In this document: piece by piece, positions 22,633 to 34,305 of the stretch | Numbering within the stretch: the first letter of the stretch is position 1 | How the letters are laid out: the number at the start of each line of letters is the position of its first letter | From: Octopus bimaculoides | Lineage: Eukaryota | DNA: 44,525 nt | Reading direction: 5' to 3' | Assembly (NCBI RefSeq): GCF_001194135.2 | Contig: NC_068981.1 | Coordinates: forward strand, 129,848,855 to 129,893,379 | The notes under the pieces: generated by a model | What the model was told of the DNA's origin: nothing | The model's input: the letters and a program-made list of their open reading frames with translations, nothing else | The model's database searches: none | Translations under genes and position numbers: made by a program

Positions 22633-24845
22633 AGCTCATTCCCTCCATCAAACTGATGTTACCTGAACAGGTGCATGGTGTACCACACATCAGGTATCAA
22701 AGTGATCACAGAGCAATGTGAGATGAAGTGTTTTGCTCAAGAATATAACACACCATCAGGTCCAGGAATTGAAACCACGATCTCACAATCATGAGTGCAA
22801 CACCCAAACTACTTGACCATGCACACTCACCAGTTGTGTATGTACAACACATGCAATTAGATAGTGTTAATTGACAAAATAAAGACGAAAGCAGTTTCAT
22901 TTAGAGAAATTATACCAATCTGATATATCTAGCTGTTCTGTTTCTCATAGAGGTATTTTAACATGTCCTTCACTGAGAAGAGAAGAAAACTGCCATCAAA
23001 GTTAGATCTAGATTTGTGGCTACATGCATATTGTTTGTGTAGATTGTGAATAAGGATGCTTTGTTAGTTTCTGAGATTTGAAGTTATCACACTCTAGATA
23101 CTCCATATTTTTTGTGAAGTAACTTACTTTTGGAAGAGAAATACACATGCAAACTCCCTTTTTCCTCCGTCTCCCTAAAAAAAAAAATTTTTTAAACAGT
23201 TACTTTGTATCTATATAAAAGCTAAATATATTTTTGATATTTTCAAATATTGGGAAAGTAAAGTTTGTGGAGATAATATGCATTTTATTGAGAAAAATAA
23301 TTTTTAAAATCTCTAAATCTATTTTAAATATTGGAATCGATTTTTATTTTATTTTAGCCACAAGAGATGTTTTTCTTGTTTTCATTTTAGTTTTATTTTC
23401 TTAGAATTTCTATTGGTTTTCCTGATAATGATGTTTCTACTTGGCTCCATAAATAATTAAATAAAATAAAGCTGGTACAGATTTCATCACTCCCAACACA
23501 CTTCATTGGCTCTCTCTCACAGAGAGAGAGAAAGAAATCTTTTGACTTGATTTTCAAGGATTTGAAACAGATTTTTATTATTTTTCTAGCCATAATTATT
23601 TTTTTACCTTCTAATTTTATATTTCCAATAGGAATTTCTGTCGATTTACTCTTTTTTTTTAAATGTTATTTTATTATAATTTTTCTTTCCTTCATTTGAT
23701 ATTTCTGCTTGGCTCAACAAATAATCTAATGAAATCAAGTCATTCCATCTATTGTGTATCATCAGAAAGCTACAATATTTAGAGAGAGGAAAAAAAATTA
23801 AAACCTAGCAGGTTTCAAGTAATCATAGTGTTTTGAGTGTCACTTTGAATACAAGAAAAAAAGTGGGAGTAGAAACCCACTCATACCACAACCACTACCA
23901 CCACCATGACCTTATTCTTTCTTTCATCTGCATTTATTACTATTTTATTTGCTCCATGAATGACATATAATGTAATATTCATAAACATAGTAAACTCCTG
24001 GGAGAAATTCTAAAGTTTCACAAAGTTTTGAGATTTCAATCTTTAATACTAACTAACCAAGCTAGTACTGGGAATTGGAACAGAACTGAAATAAATATTT
24101 TGTATCAACATTTCTATAATGAGTGAATTCTATGAGGATTTGATTTTATGAAAAAGTTATTGAGTTAATGGTCTGTAGTGGAGTATGGAATTATGGCTAA
24201 CATTTCTGTATCAGCAATAGAAAATATATTAAGTTTACTAATTTATCAGTTTTGTCCATTGGGAACATTGTGTATCATGATGAGGAAGCAGATGAAGTGT
24301 TGTCTCATTTGTGAACTACAGGTAATGAAGTTGGTAAGGATTCATTTGGCAGTGCAGATATAATCTGTACTACTGAATGCTCCAGAAGTATGATGGTTTT
24401 ACATATGTAGGGTAAAAGCAGTGAAACATTGTCTGAGAATACAGAAGACTTGGGAAAATAAAAGTATGATAGATCATAGTGAAATAATTGATAATTTTCA
24501 AAGTAAATGTAGCTTATTAGCAATTTGAACAGTGTTGATGGACACTGGGGATAAAAACAAAACTTTAGTAATAACTAGAATAATAGATAACCAATGAAGC
24601 ATATTGTAGGATAAATGAAATTGTCCCTAGTCTTGATTTAATAGACAAAGTAAGTTGGGGAAAAAGAAGAACAACTAAAAGGAGCTTGTTTTGTACAATC
24701 CATACTACCTTGCCTACAGCATTTTTTTGTCATTTAATTTTAGAGTTTTTTTCTGTTTTCTACATCCACTGAGTCAGACTTTTTCAATTTGTTCATCAGT
24801 TTTCCTTTGCCATTTTAGAATTTTTTAAAATTATCATTTGTGTAG

Positions 24846-25050
24846 GTATGGAAACGATCTGGTGCTTGGTTTTTTAAAGGAATTCCAAAATATACAGTTC
24901 CAAAACATCACCATGAGGGTGGCAAGTTTTCTTCAAATGCAAGAAACCAACTAGAAACTTCAGCTCACCAGAAGAGTCGTTCTGGATCATTTCGCAGTTA
25001 TAATACTTGGAGCAGAGGACGGCACAATGGCAACAAGGAAGGGTTTGGAG
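24846..25050 (+). CDS. RPH3A: Rabphilin-family exon containing the SGAWFF Rab-contact motif and start of the linker
   Basis: Acceptor atttgtgtag|; VWKRSGAWFFKGIPKYTVPKHHHEGGKFSSNARNQLETSAHQKSRSGSFRSYNTWSRGRHNGNKEGFG. The 5' boundary is firm. The 3' boundary uses a weak donor GAG|gtcagg (205 nt, phase 1) chosen because it fits the next exon. Confidence 0.9.
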
Positions 25051-27200
25051 GTCAGGCATCATCTCACATAATCTGAAATGTTTCTACCTCATTTCTTTCT
25101 CTCATGATTTATTCCTGTGAAGGGTTTAAGATATTATTATGTAAAAACAGAGTTGGTACTAGATAATGGAAGGCAAACTCTCTTAGGCATGATGCAAGAG
25201 CTTCCTAGAATGTCAGCAACTGCTTTTAACCATAAAGATCAATTCAAATAATTTTGACAGCTTTGACTATGTTGAAGATATATGGTTTCTAGGAGATTAT
25301 TATTACCGGGGTTTATATGTAACAAAAGGTTTCTTTGGTTAGAGATAACTCAAAGACAACAGCTGTAAAATCACAAGAGCTCTAATAGGTATGGTAAATA
25401 TATAGAAGGTAATTTTGATGAGTAGTACATATTAAGATAAGTGTGGATATGTCACTAGAATTAGCTAGTGATAGTCTGCACCAAATTGATTGAATTAAGT
25501 AGCCACAAGAGAATGTATACAAATAAAAGTCAAAAACAATACATAATATTCCCAGGCAGCAATTGAACTACAAATTCTCTGATGTACTAACAATCACACT
25601 AATTAACTAGTGCAATGTAATCAGCCTATGTAAAACAATTTCTATTGATAATTATCACATTACTCTTCTGAATTGTGTTAGCTAATACACACACATATAT
25701 ATATATATGAGTGCATGCATTCATGTGTGCATTTCTACTCATATTATGAGCTGTGTCAGTCTCAAGTTTCACTGACATTTTAATAAGTAGCCATCTGATA
25801 CTACAGTTAGCAGTTTGGAAGGGAGAGGAAGTAAGTCCAGAGAAATTGTTAAATAATAATGAAACTGATCAGTCTGATGCTCATCCCAAGCTGTTGCAAA
25901 GTCTCCTCTTGGGCATAATTTCACAGTGTGACTATATGGATATGAACTTGCATATGTATCTATTCATAACCTTCACTATATTAGTACTCTAGTAATTATT
26001 ATCAGGTTATCTATCTTATACCATTATACAAATGAGCTGCATCAGTCATAAGTTTTGCTTATATTTAAATAAGTAGCTCCTGCAGCTAACTATTGTTTGT
26101 TGTTTAGTGGGGAGAGGTGATTCCTAATGAAATGTTTAAATAAAAATGAAGCTAGTTGGTTTGATCTTCAACTCCAGTTACTAAAGGACCATGAGAGTCA
26201 AGAACAAATGCTGCTCAATTAAATACATATAAATGATTCCCTATATTGATTTAAAATGCAATAGTTTCTATTCATATTGTTCTGTACTAATCTCAGTGTA
26301 TTGTTTTATGCAAATTTGGATATTTGCATATTAATTGTTGGAGTAACTGTTTTGCTAAGGCTATCTGTTTTATTGTTGGATTTCTTTTCTAACAATAACC
26401 ATCCAACCATGAAATAGCAATTCTTTTAGTTAGTTATTCTATGGCAAGCAGAGTAACATGCTTAGTTTAAGAGGCTTTTTAATATTATTATTTTATGAGA
26501 CATGCATTAAATTATCAAAGTAATATACTTTTTTTTAAAGCATGGTATAATTAAGGCAATTTTTTAAATTCATAATCTTTGTTGTTGGTAGCACCTTAAC
26601 CAAATGGCATCTTAAAAAATAAACTTTTCATATATTTTACACCTTGGTGGTTGTAGTTTCCATATTTAGATATATTGATGCCAACTTATTTGTAAAGATG
26701 GCTCTAATATGTACAATGCTTTGGATATAGAATTTGTATGAATGTTCATGATTTCAAACATGTTATGCTCTTGATTTTGTGTAAATGATGATGACCTCAA
26801 ATGGATCATATTCCTTAGTGAGCTGGCAAAATTTTTAATGCATCAGACAAAATGCTTAGTGGTATTTCTTCCATCTTTTACATTCTGGGTTCAGACACCA
26901 GCTTTGCCTTTCATCCCTCCTGGGTTGATAAAATAAAGTATCAGTCAAGTACTAGAGTCAATGTAATTGACTAACCCCCTTTCCCTAAAATTGCTAGCTT
27001 AAAAGTTTTATCTGGATACTGATGATCTTAAATATATGACATTCATATATTTATGTAAAAGTCAGAGATCACTGCTAAAAATTATTTAGAGTCAGTTTAG
27101 ATCTCTTTTGCAGTCCTTGGATATTGCATTTTATTTAAGTATGAATGTATGCAATTTTCCATGTAACTTTGGAAGTAAGGAATTTATTTTGTTTAACTAG

Positions 27201-27269
27201 GAGAAAGCAGTGGTCAAGATGCATCAAGCAGTTCTGAAGACGAAGTGAGCATTGGAAAACGCACGAAAG
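27201..27269 (+). CDS. RPH3A: Rabphilin-family linker exon (Ser/acidic)
   Basis: ttttgtttaactag| ... AAAG|gtaagt; 69 nt, phase 1/1, open: GESSGQDASSSSEDEVSIGKRTK. Supported by splice signals and phase, not by recognisable homology. Confidence 0.75.
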
Positions 27270-27484
27270 GTAAGTAGATAACTAAGCACTGACTAGCTAA
27301 TGGAAAATGGATAGATTTAATAGTGAAATTTCAAATTTGATACAATTCACATTGATAAATTACTTCTGTAGACTTTAACCAAAGACTAATCCGGTAAAAG
27401 AAGTACTTGCTGCTAATGCATGTTATGTTTAATGTCGTTTTGCATTTGGCAATAGCAGCAGATTTATGGATTCTTTTTCTTTAA

Positions 27485-27895
27485 TCCATCCATCCATCTT
27501 TTTTCTCTGCCCACTATTTCCGGGAGAGTCATATGGGCAGAGTACCTGAGCACCTCATGCATAGGGTCCTATTAGACTTCCCTGTCGGGTTCCCAAATTT
27601 GATCAACTGAGACTATGGTTATTATCCAACCATCTCATTCTTGGTCTGCCCTTAGGTTTCCTGCCAGTTGACTTGGCTTGAAGAATCTGTCTTGTAATTC
27701 TTACCTGTGACATTCTAATTACATGTCCATAGTACTGGAGTTGTGACCTCTCAGTGCCGAGAATTAGCAGCTTGACCTGGAGAAACTCCCTGATATTCAA
27801 GCTATGCAACTTGTTAAGTAACATTACTCCTGAGACCTTTCAGAAGAACCTCATTTCAGCTGCTTGTATTCTCTTTCAGTCATTACCCAACATTC
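27485..27895 (-). mobile_element. RTE-clade LINE 3' fragment
   Basis: HECWVMTE..IQAAEMRF...; ORF 27603..27824 SQLQYYGHVIRMSQVRITRQILQAKSTGRKPKGRPRMRWLD matches the RTE C-terminal signature (LRW.GHV.RM...R.P...L...G.R..GRP..RW.D); short UTR and (GATG)n tail. Confidence 0.85.
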
Positions 27896-28789
27896 ATGAT
27901 ATATAATAGTTTCATTATGTATAAATAATTAATGAATACTTGTGTGTACTGTGAGTTGTATTTTTGAGTATGTAAACATGATTATAATGTCAAATTTACT
28001 GAGTTCTCAATTCATTTTGTATTTTATTTATCATATCATGAGCAATATCTAATTTGTTTCAGTTTGTAGAGATATAAAATTAGCAGAGTCATTAGGGTAT
28101 AGGATAGAAAATGCTTTGCAGTATCCAGTCAAATAATGAAATTAAATTCTTTCCCCCACTCTCTCTACTTTATTGCTCTGTGATAAAGGCCTTGAGAGAC
28201 TGTTCACATCACCATTTTCTGCAGACACAAGAGGAAGGTTACAGTGAGATGCTAGAAACATCGTACTGTAATAAAACTGATATGTTATTGGAACCAATGA
28301 AGGATGGACTGTTAGCACAGCATAATAAAACAGAAATAAAGAATTTGAAAGAAAAAAATTAGTTCTTTGAGACATTTGACACCTTTCAACTTCAACATCT
28401 GGAATGTTATCTGCTGTTTCTATCCATAAAATAGACTGTATTAACCTATGAGTGCTTCTTGTAATTAAATAAGAATTAATTGTTGCTATTATAAAGAATG
28501 TAGCACAAGCAAATAACCCCAAATCTTGTTTTTGTTGATGGAGCAATGTCAATAATTTAATTTGTTTTAGTATACAGGCATGGCTATGTGGTTAGAAGTT
28601 TACTTCTTAGCCACATAGCTTTGGGTTCAGTCCCACTGTGTGGCACCTTGGGCAAGTGATTTCTACTATGATCTCAAGCTGACCAATGCCTTGTGTATGG
28701 ATTTGGAAACTGAAATAAAATCATTGTGTGTGTGTGTGTGTGTGTGTGTTTGTACATGTGCGCACGTGTGTGTGTGTGTGTGTGTCACT

Positions 28790-28990
28790 GTCTCGTTGCA
28801 TTGACATCCTGTGGTAGTTGTAAGCAAGTGTTACCAACATGCATGGAGTGTCCTTCATTTCTAATCTTTCATGAAAACTTCTCTGCTCATGAAACAGGGG
28901 GAAGGTTGATGACAGGAAGGGTATCCACCCTTTAAAAATCTGCTTCAATAAATCCTGCCCAACCCATGTGAACATGAAAAAATGGACTGT
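28790..28990 (+). mobile_element. Family B-related retroposon 3' end (divergent subfamily)
   Basis: GACAGGAAGGGTATCCACCC...CCAACCCATGTGAACATGAAAAATGGAC, related to the family B tail. Confidence 0.5.
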
Positions 28991-29620
28991 ATAACAACAG
29001 TAATATTGTACCTGGCTTATTGTTGAGGTGTACTCTTTATGATTTTGTTGTGTTGTGTTTATCATGATATCTGCATTGTATTATATGCAATTAGGCATTG
29101 ACTATACATAAATACACTTTCAAGTGGCTATGTAAACTGGTCCTTGACACTGCATGGTTTTTCTTCCTGTCTGCGCTTAGGAGTTTTAAAGTAACAGTCA
29201 GTCTGTGCAATTCAATCTCACTCTTTAGACTTGGAGCTCTGACCACAGCAGCTCAGGGATAAGACAGCTGCAGTGACCAGCAAGCAATAGGTTTTACATT
29301 GGTTTGACTATTGCCTAAGTAGATTGTCTTACGGGGCTGGAGTGCTCCACCAACCCTGAAGTTGCTGGAAAGGTGTCAAAGATGCACTGGACCATTTCAG
29401 GTATTCCTTGATTTTCTGTTGAGGTTGACTCTCCTAAGCCTTTTCTTTTCCTGGGGCACTTACAAGGCACAAAGCAGTGAAAGGTAAGTGTACTGTGTGT
29501 CATCAAATGTATATAAGGGATTGGGGTCACCTGCAGTGACTGAGTGTTTACATCTAATTGCTAGTTATACTCATTTCCTGTGTTTTTTTCTTCTCTCTCT
29601 CTTTCTTTTCCCTTCTCTAG

Positions 29621-29788
29621 AAAGTGATAACATCAGCATTGGAAGTTCACAGAGTAGCCGAGATCATCAAGGAGGAAATGGTAAGGTGATCAGTTCTAAC
29701 ACAAACGTTCATGGAGGTCACTTAAAAAGTACTGACAACAATCAAGATTTCCATAATGCATCTGACAATGAGAAAACTGGAACCACAG
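29621..29788 (+). CDS. RPH3A: Rabphilin-family linker exon
   Basis: Very long polypyrimidine tract ending ccttctctag|, donor CAG|gtatgt; 168 nt, phase 1/1, open: ESDNISIGSSQSSRDHQGGNGKVISSNTNVHGGHLKSTDNNQDFHNASDNEKTGTT (lies inside ORF 29488..29829). Confidence 0.78.
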
Positions 29789-29945
29789 GTATGTATGTTA
29801 ATGGTCTAGTTTCAAATGTACACACATGATTTCATTCTATGAGTGGCAATGACTTTCTTCTATATTCTTAGTTTGGCTATAAGTATATGGGGCATGAGGC
29901 ATGAACAAAAACTGAATGAAGAACAAATGCTTTATGTGTGTGTGC

Positions 29946-30000
<55 letters not shown>

Positions 30001-30380
30001 AATAGGTTGAATGTAAATTCGTCCTTTAATTTTGGATGTTTCCAAAAGAGATTTCTAATGCAGGTTCTTCATACCTTGCTGGTAGTTAACAGGTGTAAAT
30101 TTATGAAGATATGAAAGTGGTACTTGGATATAATGTATGGTGAATTTATGGAAAGAAGTTCCATAAAATTCATCAATTTATTTTAAAATGGAGGAGACAA
30201 GTTGTTAAAATATATAAGAAGTTTAATTCTTGCAGACAATCGTTTCATACAGAGATATAAAAATAATAATGCAAATACATGATAGAATTAAATTAAATTA
30301 AATTAATTAGATATATCAATGTACTCTTCAGTGCAGGATGTACAAACAAAAGTACAGTGAACTTGAGAAGGAAAATGATA

Positions 30381-30538
30381 GAAAAATTGAATCTAGGCAA
30401 TTCATATTTCATATCCATGTGAGAAAGAGATGTGAGTCATGTTAGATATTTAACCATAAGTTATGGTTAAATATCCAACATGACTCACATCTCTTTCTCA
30501 CATGGGTAAAAATATAAATCTCCTAGATTCAATATTTC
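30381..30538. other. Long near-perfect palindrome (hairpin)
   Basis: 30415-30459 and 30461-30505 are reverse complements with one mismatch (A30444/C30476) around a single central G30460; imperfect arms extend to 30381/30538. Confidence 0.92.
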
Positions 30539-30540
30539 TG

Positions 30541-30615
<75 letters not shown>

Positions 30616-30625
30616 NNNNNNNNNN

Positions 30626-30697
<72 letters not shown>

Positions 30698-30718
30698 TGC
30701 CGAGATTGTTGTCAAGTG

Positions 30719-30790
30719 GTCAGTTTAGCTTAATGGTAGAGTATTCAGCCGGTATCCAAGGGGTTCAGGTTTGAGTCCCATGGCTGTCTG
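30719..30790 (+). pseudogene. Degenerate tRNA-like sequence (pseudo-tRNA or orphan SINE head)
   Basis: TAGCTTAATGGTAGAG (A box/D arm) and GGTTTGAGTCC (B-box-like) at tRNA spacing; GGT at the anticodon position; acceptor, anticodon and T stems pair poorly, so not a functional tRNA. Confidence 0.4.
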
Positions 30791-31781
30791 TTGACAAGTT
30801 TTTTGGGGGGTTTTTCCATCTTATAAGGGTAATAATAGCTGATCTTTCTGCTGTTTTCATGGCCACACTGCATTCTAAATATTACCTTCTTTTCTGTATA
30901 ATATGATACACATTTGATGCTTCTAAAAACAAAATAAAAAGTTTGTTTACAAATGTTGTTGCATGCGTGTGTGTGTGTACATGTGTGTGTATAAAACTTC
31001 TACCATTTGTGCTGTCACTTTTTGCAGTTGTTCACTCTTATATCAAATTAATTTGTCTACAAAGAGTACAACAATTGTTTTAGTGGATTTTGACTCATTA
31101 TACATACACACATACATGCATACATACACACACGCATACATACATACACACACACGCGCATGCACACACACATACATACATGCATGGATGCATACATACA
31201 TACATACATACATACATACATACATACATACATGCATGCATGAATGCATATATATATANNNNNNNNNNNNNNNNNNNNNNNNNNNNNNNNNNNNNNNNNN
31301 NNNNNNNNNNNNNNNNNNNNNNNNNNNNNNNNNNNNNNNNNNNNNNNNNNNNNNNNNNNNNNNNNNNNNNNNNNNNNNNNNNNNNNNNNNNNNNNNNNNN
31401 NNNNNNNNNNNNNNNNNNNNNNNNNNNNNNNNNNNNNNNNNNNNNNNNNNNNNNNNNNNNNNNNNNNNNNNNNNNNNNNNNNNNNNNNNNNNNNNNNNNN
31501 NNNNNNNNNNNNNNNNNNNNNNNNNNNNNNNNNNNNNNNNNNNNNNNNNNNNNNNNNNNNNNNNNNNNNNNNNNNNNNNNNNNNNNNNNNNNNNNNNNNN
31601 NNNNNNNNNNNNNNNNNNNNNNNNNNNNNNNNNNNNNNNNNNNNNNNNNNNNNNNNNNNNNNNNNNNNNNNNNNNNNNNNNNNNNNNNNNNNNNNNNNNN
31701 NNNNNNGGGAAGTATTTTTCAAAATGAAAATAATATGTATAAAATTGTGTATGTATATGTGTGTGTGTGTGTGTGTGCGTG

Positions 31782-31814
<33 letters not shown>

Positions 31815-32274
31815 TTTAACTATGCAGAATTACCATTTTTATGTCTGTATATAACATTATGTGTGTGAGTGTGTGGATATATTATTGTATTATGTAGCAT
31901 TATGTAGCATTATATTATATAAATATGCAATTTACAAAAATCAAAGTATTTGCATAAGTGACATCAGCAGCAATATCCATTGCTCCTATCATAGAATGCA
32001 AATGTAAACAAGCACTCAGACATGCACATGCACCCTCTGCTCCACACACATACACATGCACATAGGCATACATGCATATCTCCGTACATACACAGACACC
32101 CACACATACACACTTAAGTGTGGCTGTGTGGTTAAGAGACTTACTTTCCAACCATGTTCCCTTAGGTTCGGTCCCACTGCACAGCATCCTGGGGCAAATG
32201 TATCCTGCTACAGCCCTCAGCCAACCAAAGCCATAGGTGCAGATTTGGTAGTTGTAATCTGAAAGAAACTTGTC

Positions 32275-33300
32275 ATCATCATCATCATCATCATCATCAT
32301 TGTCGTCATCATTTAACATTTGTTTTCTACGCTGGTTTGGTGTAGGCAGTTTCACAGGATCTGGCAAGCTGTAGTGTCACTTTCAGTGTAGGTTCCACAA
32401 CTGGATGCCCTTCATAATATCAGCCACTTTACGGTGTGTACTGGATGCTTTTTCTTTTCATGCTACCAGTACAAGTACGGTTACTAAGTAACTTGCAAGA
32501 AAAGAAAAGAAAAGACTCCTTGACTGAGTGGAGAAGTGTGTTTATACTAGGTGTTGAAAGGTTAAAGCATGATAGAGAGACAAGCACAGGTATCTTGCTA
32601 AAGAGGAGATGCATGACTACGTTGCATTATATGAGTGGATGCAGAAAAGTTCCTGGTTTTAAAAGTATCACAAAAGGTCTAGTTGGAAGCCTAACCTTCT
32701 GAGTTCTCTTACAGGGCTTAGAAAAACTGAAGGACCACTGCAATAAGTGTATGGATCTGAGAGGGGGACATGTATAAAATCATAATTAACTGATCCTCCT
32801 GAATTTTCTTTTACCCAAAGCCAGGAACTTTTCAGCACCCCCTCATATAAGGGTAGATGAGAGTAGCTGGGAAGAAGGTGCCTGAGCATGTTCTCAAGAT
32901 GAGTATGAGAGAAAATATGGACAGTTGATCAAGCGAGAAGATAGGTTATTTCATAAAAGTGTGAGAGGAGAGTAACAGATGATTAAAGATAGGGTAAGAG
33001 TGAATGTAGTGAGTAATGAAGAAGGGTGGAGGTGTGGCTGATAGTGAATATTGGTATGGAAGAGGAATTTGAGTGAGGTAGGGGTGACTTGGGAAGGTGA
33101 TGACAAACAACGGCCCAGAAAGGGAGGAGAGCAGCTTGTAAACTTGAAGATATCCCAGAAAGTAGAGAAATGACATGCAGGCTGAGAGAGTGGGAGAAGG
33201 GAGATATACAGTGACAGATATGGAAGTTAGAGGTACATAAGTGTGGCTATCTGGTAGGAGAAGGAGGTAAACTGGTAGTACAAAAGTAGTATGAAATATG
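32275..33300 (-). mobile_element. Long-form family B retroposon interrupted by a mariner MITE
   Basis: (CAT)n + CATTTAACATTTGTTTTC...CTGGATGCCCTTCATAAT tail continuing into a purine-rich body similar to 2400-3340 and to the reverse complement of 21830-22100. Confidence 0.5.
32632..32845 (+). mobile_element. Non-autonomous mariner derivative (214 bp)
   Basis: TA|TGAGTGGATGCAGAAAAGTTCCTGGTTTT ... AAAGCCAGGAACTTTTCAGCACCCCCTCA|TA: imperfect ~28-bp TIRs and TA TSD. The interior encodes a mariner C-terminal remnant (..QGLEKLKDHCNKCMDLRGGHV*). Confidence 0.8.
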
Positions 33301-33536
33301 TGTTAATTCTGCTCTCAAATGATTACAGCTTGTGAGTAGTGCCATATTCAGAAGATTGATGGAGGGATAGGTATTAAGATGAGCTGTGAAAACACACACA
33401 TACATATGATAGGCTTCTTTTAGCTGCCGTCTACCAAATCCACTCAGATTTGGTTGACCCAAAGCTCAAAGTGCACTGCAGTGGGGCTGAATCCAAACTA
33501 TATGGTTAGGAAATAAACTCCTTAACCACATGGGTG

Positions 33537-33580
<44 letters not shown>

Positions 33581-33854
33581 ATCGTTGCCAGTGCCCCTGG
33601 ACTGGCTTGTGCGGGTGGCACATAAAAGACACCATTTCGAGCGTGGCCGTTTTCGTGCGGGTGACACGTAAAAGCACCCACTACACTCTCTGAGTGGTTG
33701 GCGTTAGGAAGGGCATCCAGCTGTAGAAACTCTGCCAAATTAGATTGGAGCCTGGTGTTGCCATCCGGTTTCACCAGTCCTCAGTCAAATCGTCCAACCC
33801 ATGCTAGCATGGAAAGCGGACGTTAAACGATGATGATGATGATGATGATGATGA

Positions 33855-33858
<4 letters not shown>
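33581..33858 (+). mobile_element. Young family B SINE-like copy, (GAT)n tail
   Basis: CpG-rich; reverse complement of 44292-44525 with 2 differences by my reading. Confidence 0.9.
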
Positions 33859-33925
<67 letters not shown>

Positions 33926-34258
33926 AAGGTGCATGGCTCAGTGGTTAGAGCATCGAGCTTACGATCGTGAGGTTGTGAGTTCCATTCCCGGACCGGTCTG
34001 TGCATTGTGTTCTTGAGCAATATACTTTATTTCACGTTGCTCAAGTTCACTCAGCTGTAGAAATGAGTTGCAACATCACTGGTGCCAAGCTGTATCAGCC
34101 TTTGCTTTTTCTTTGGATAACATCAGCAGTGTGGAGAGGAGGCTGGTATGCATGGGCAACTGCTGGCCTTCCATAAACAACCTTGCCCGGACTTGTGCCT
34201 CAGAGGATAACTTTCTAGGTGCAACCCCATGGTCATTCATGACCAAAGGGGGTCTCCA
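33926..34258 (+). mobile_element. tRNA-derived SINE (family D head/core, different 3' part)
   Basis: GGTGCATGGCTCAGTGGTTAGAGC (A box) ... GAGTTCCATTCCC (B-box-like), core GCATTGTGTTCTTGAGCAA...TTTATTTCACGTTGCTC...CACTCAGCTG. Confidence 0.8.
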
Positions 34259-34262
34259 TATA

Positions 34263-34305
<43 letters not shown>

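Noticed and set aside
30719-30790. Functional tRNA-Thr(GGT)
   Set aside because: Acceptor, anticodon and T stems have multiple mismatches and the T loop reads TTTGAGT.
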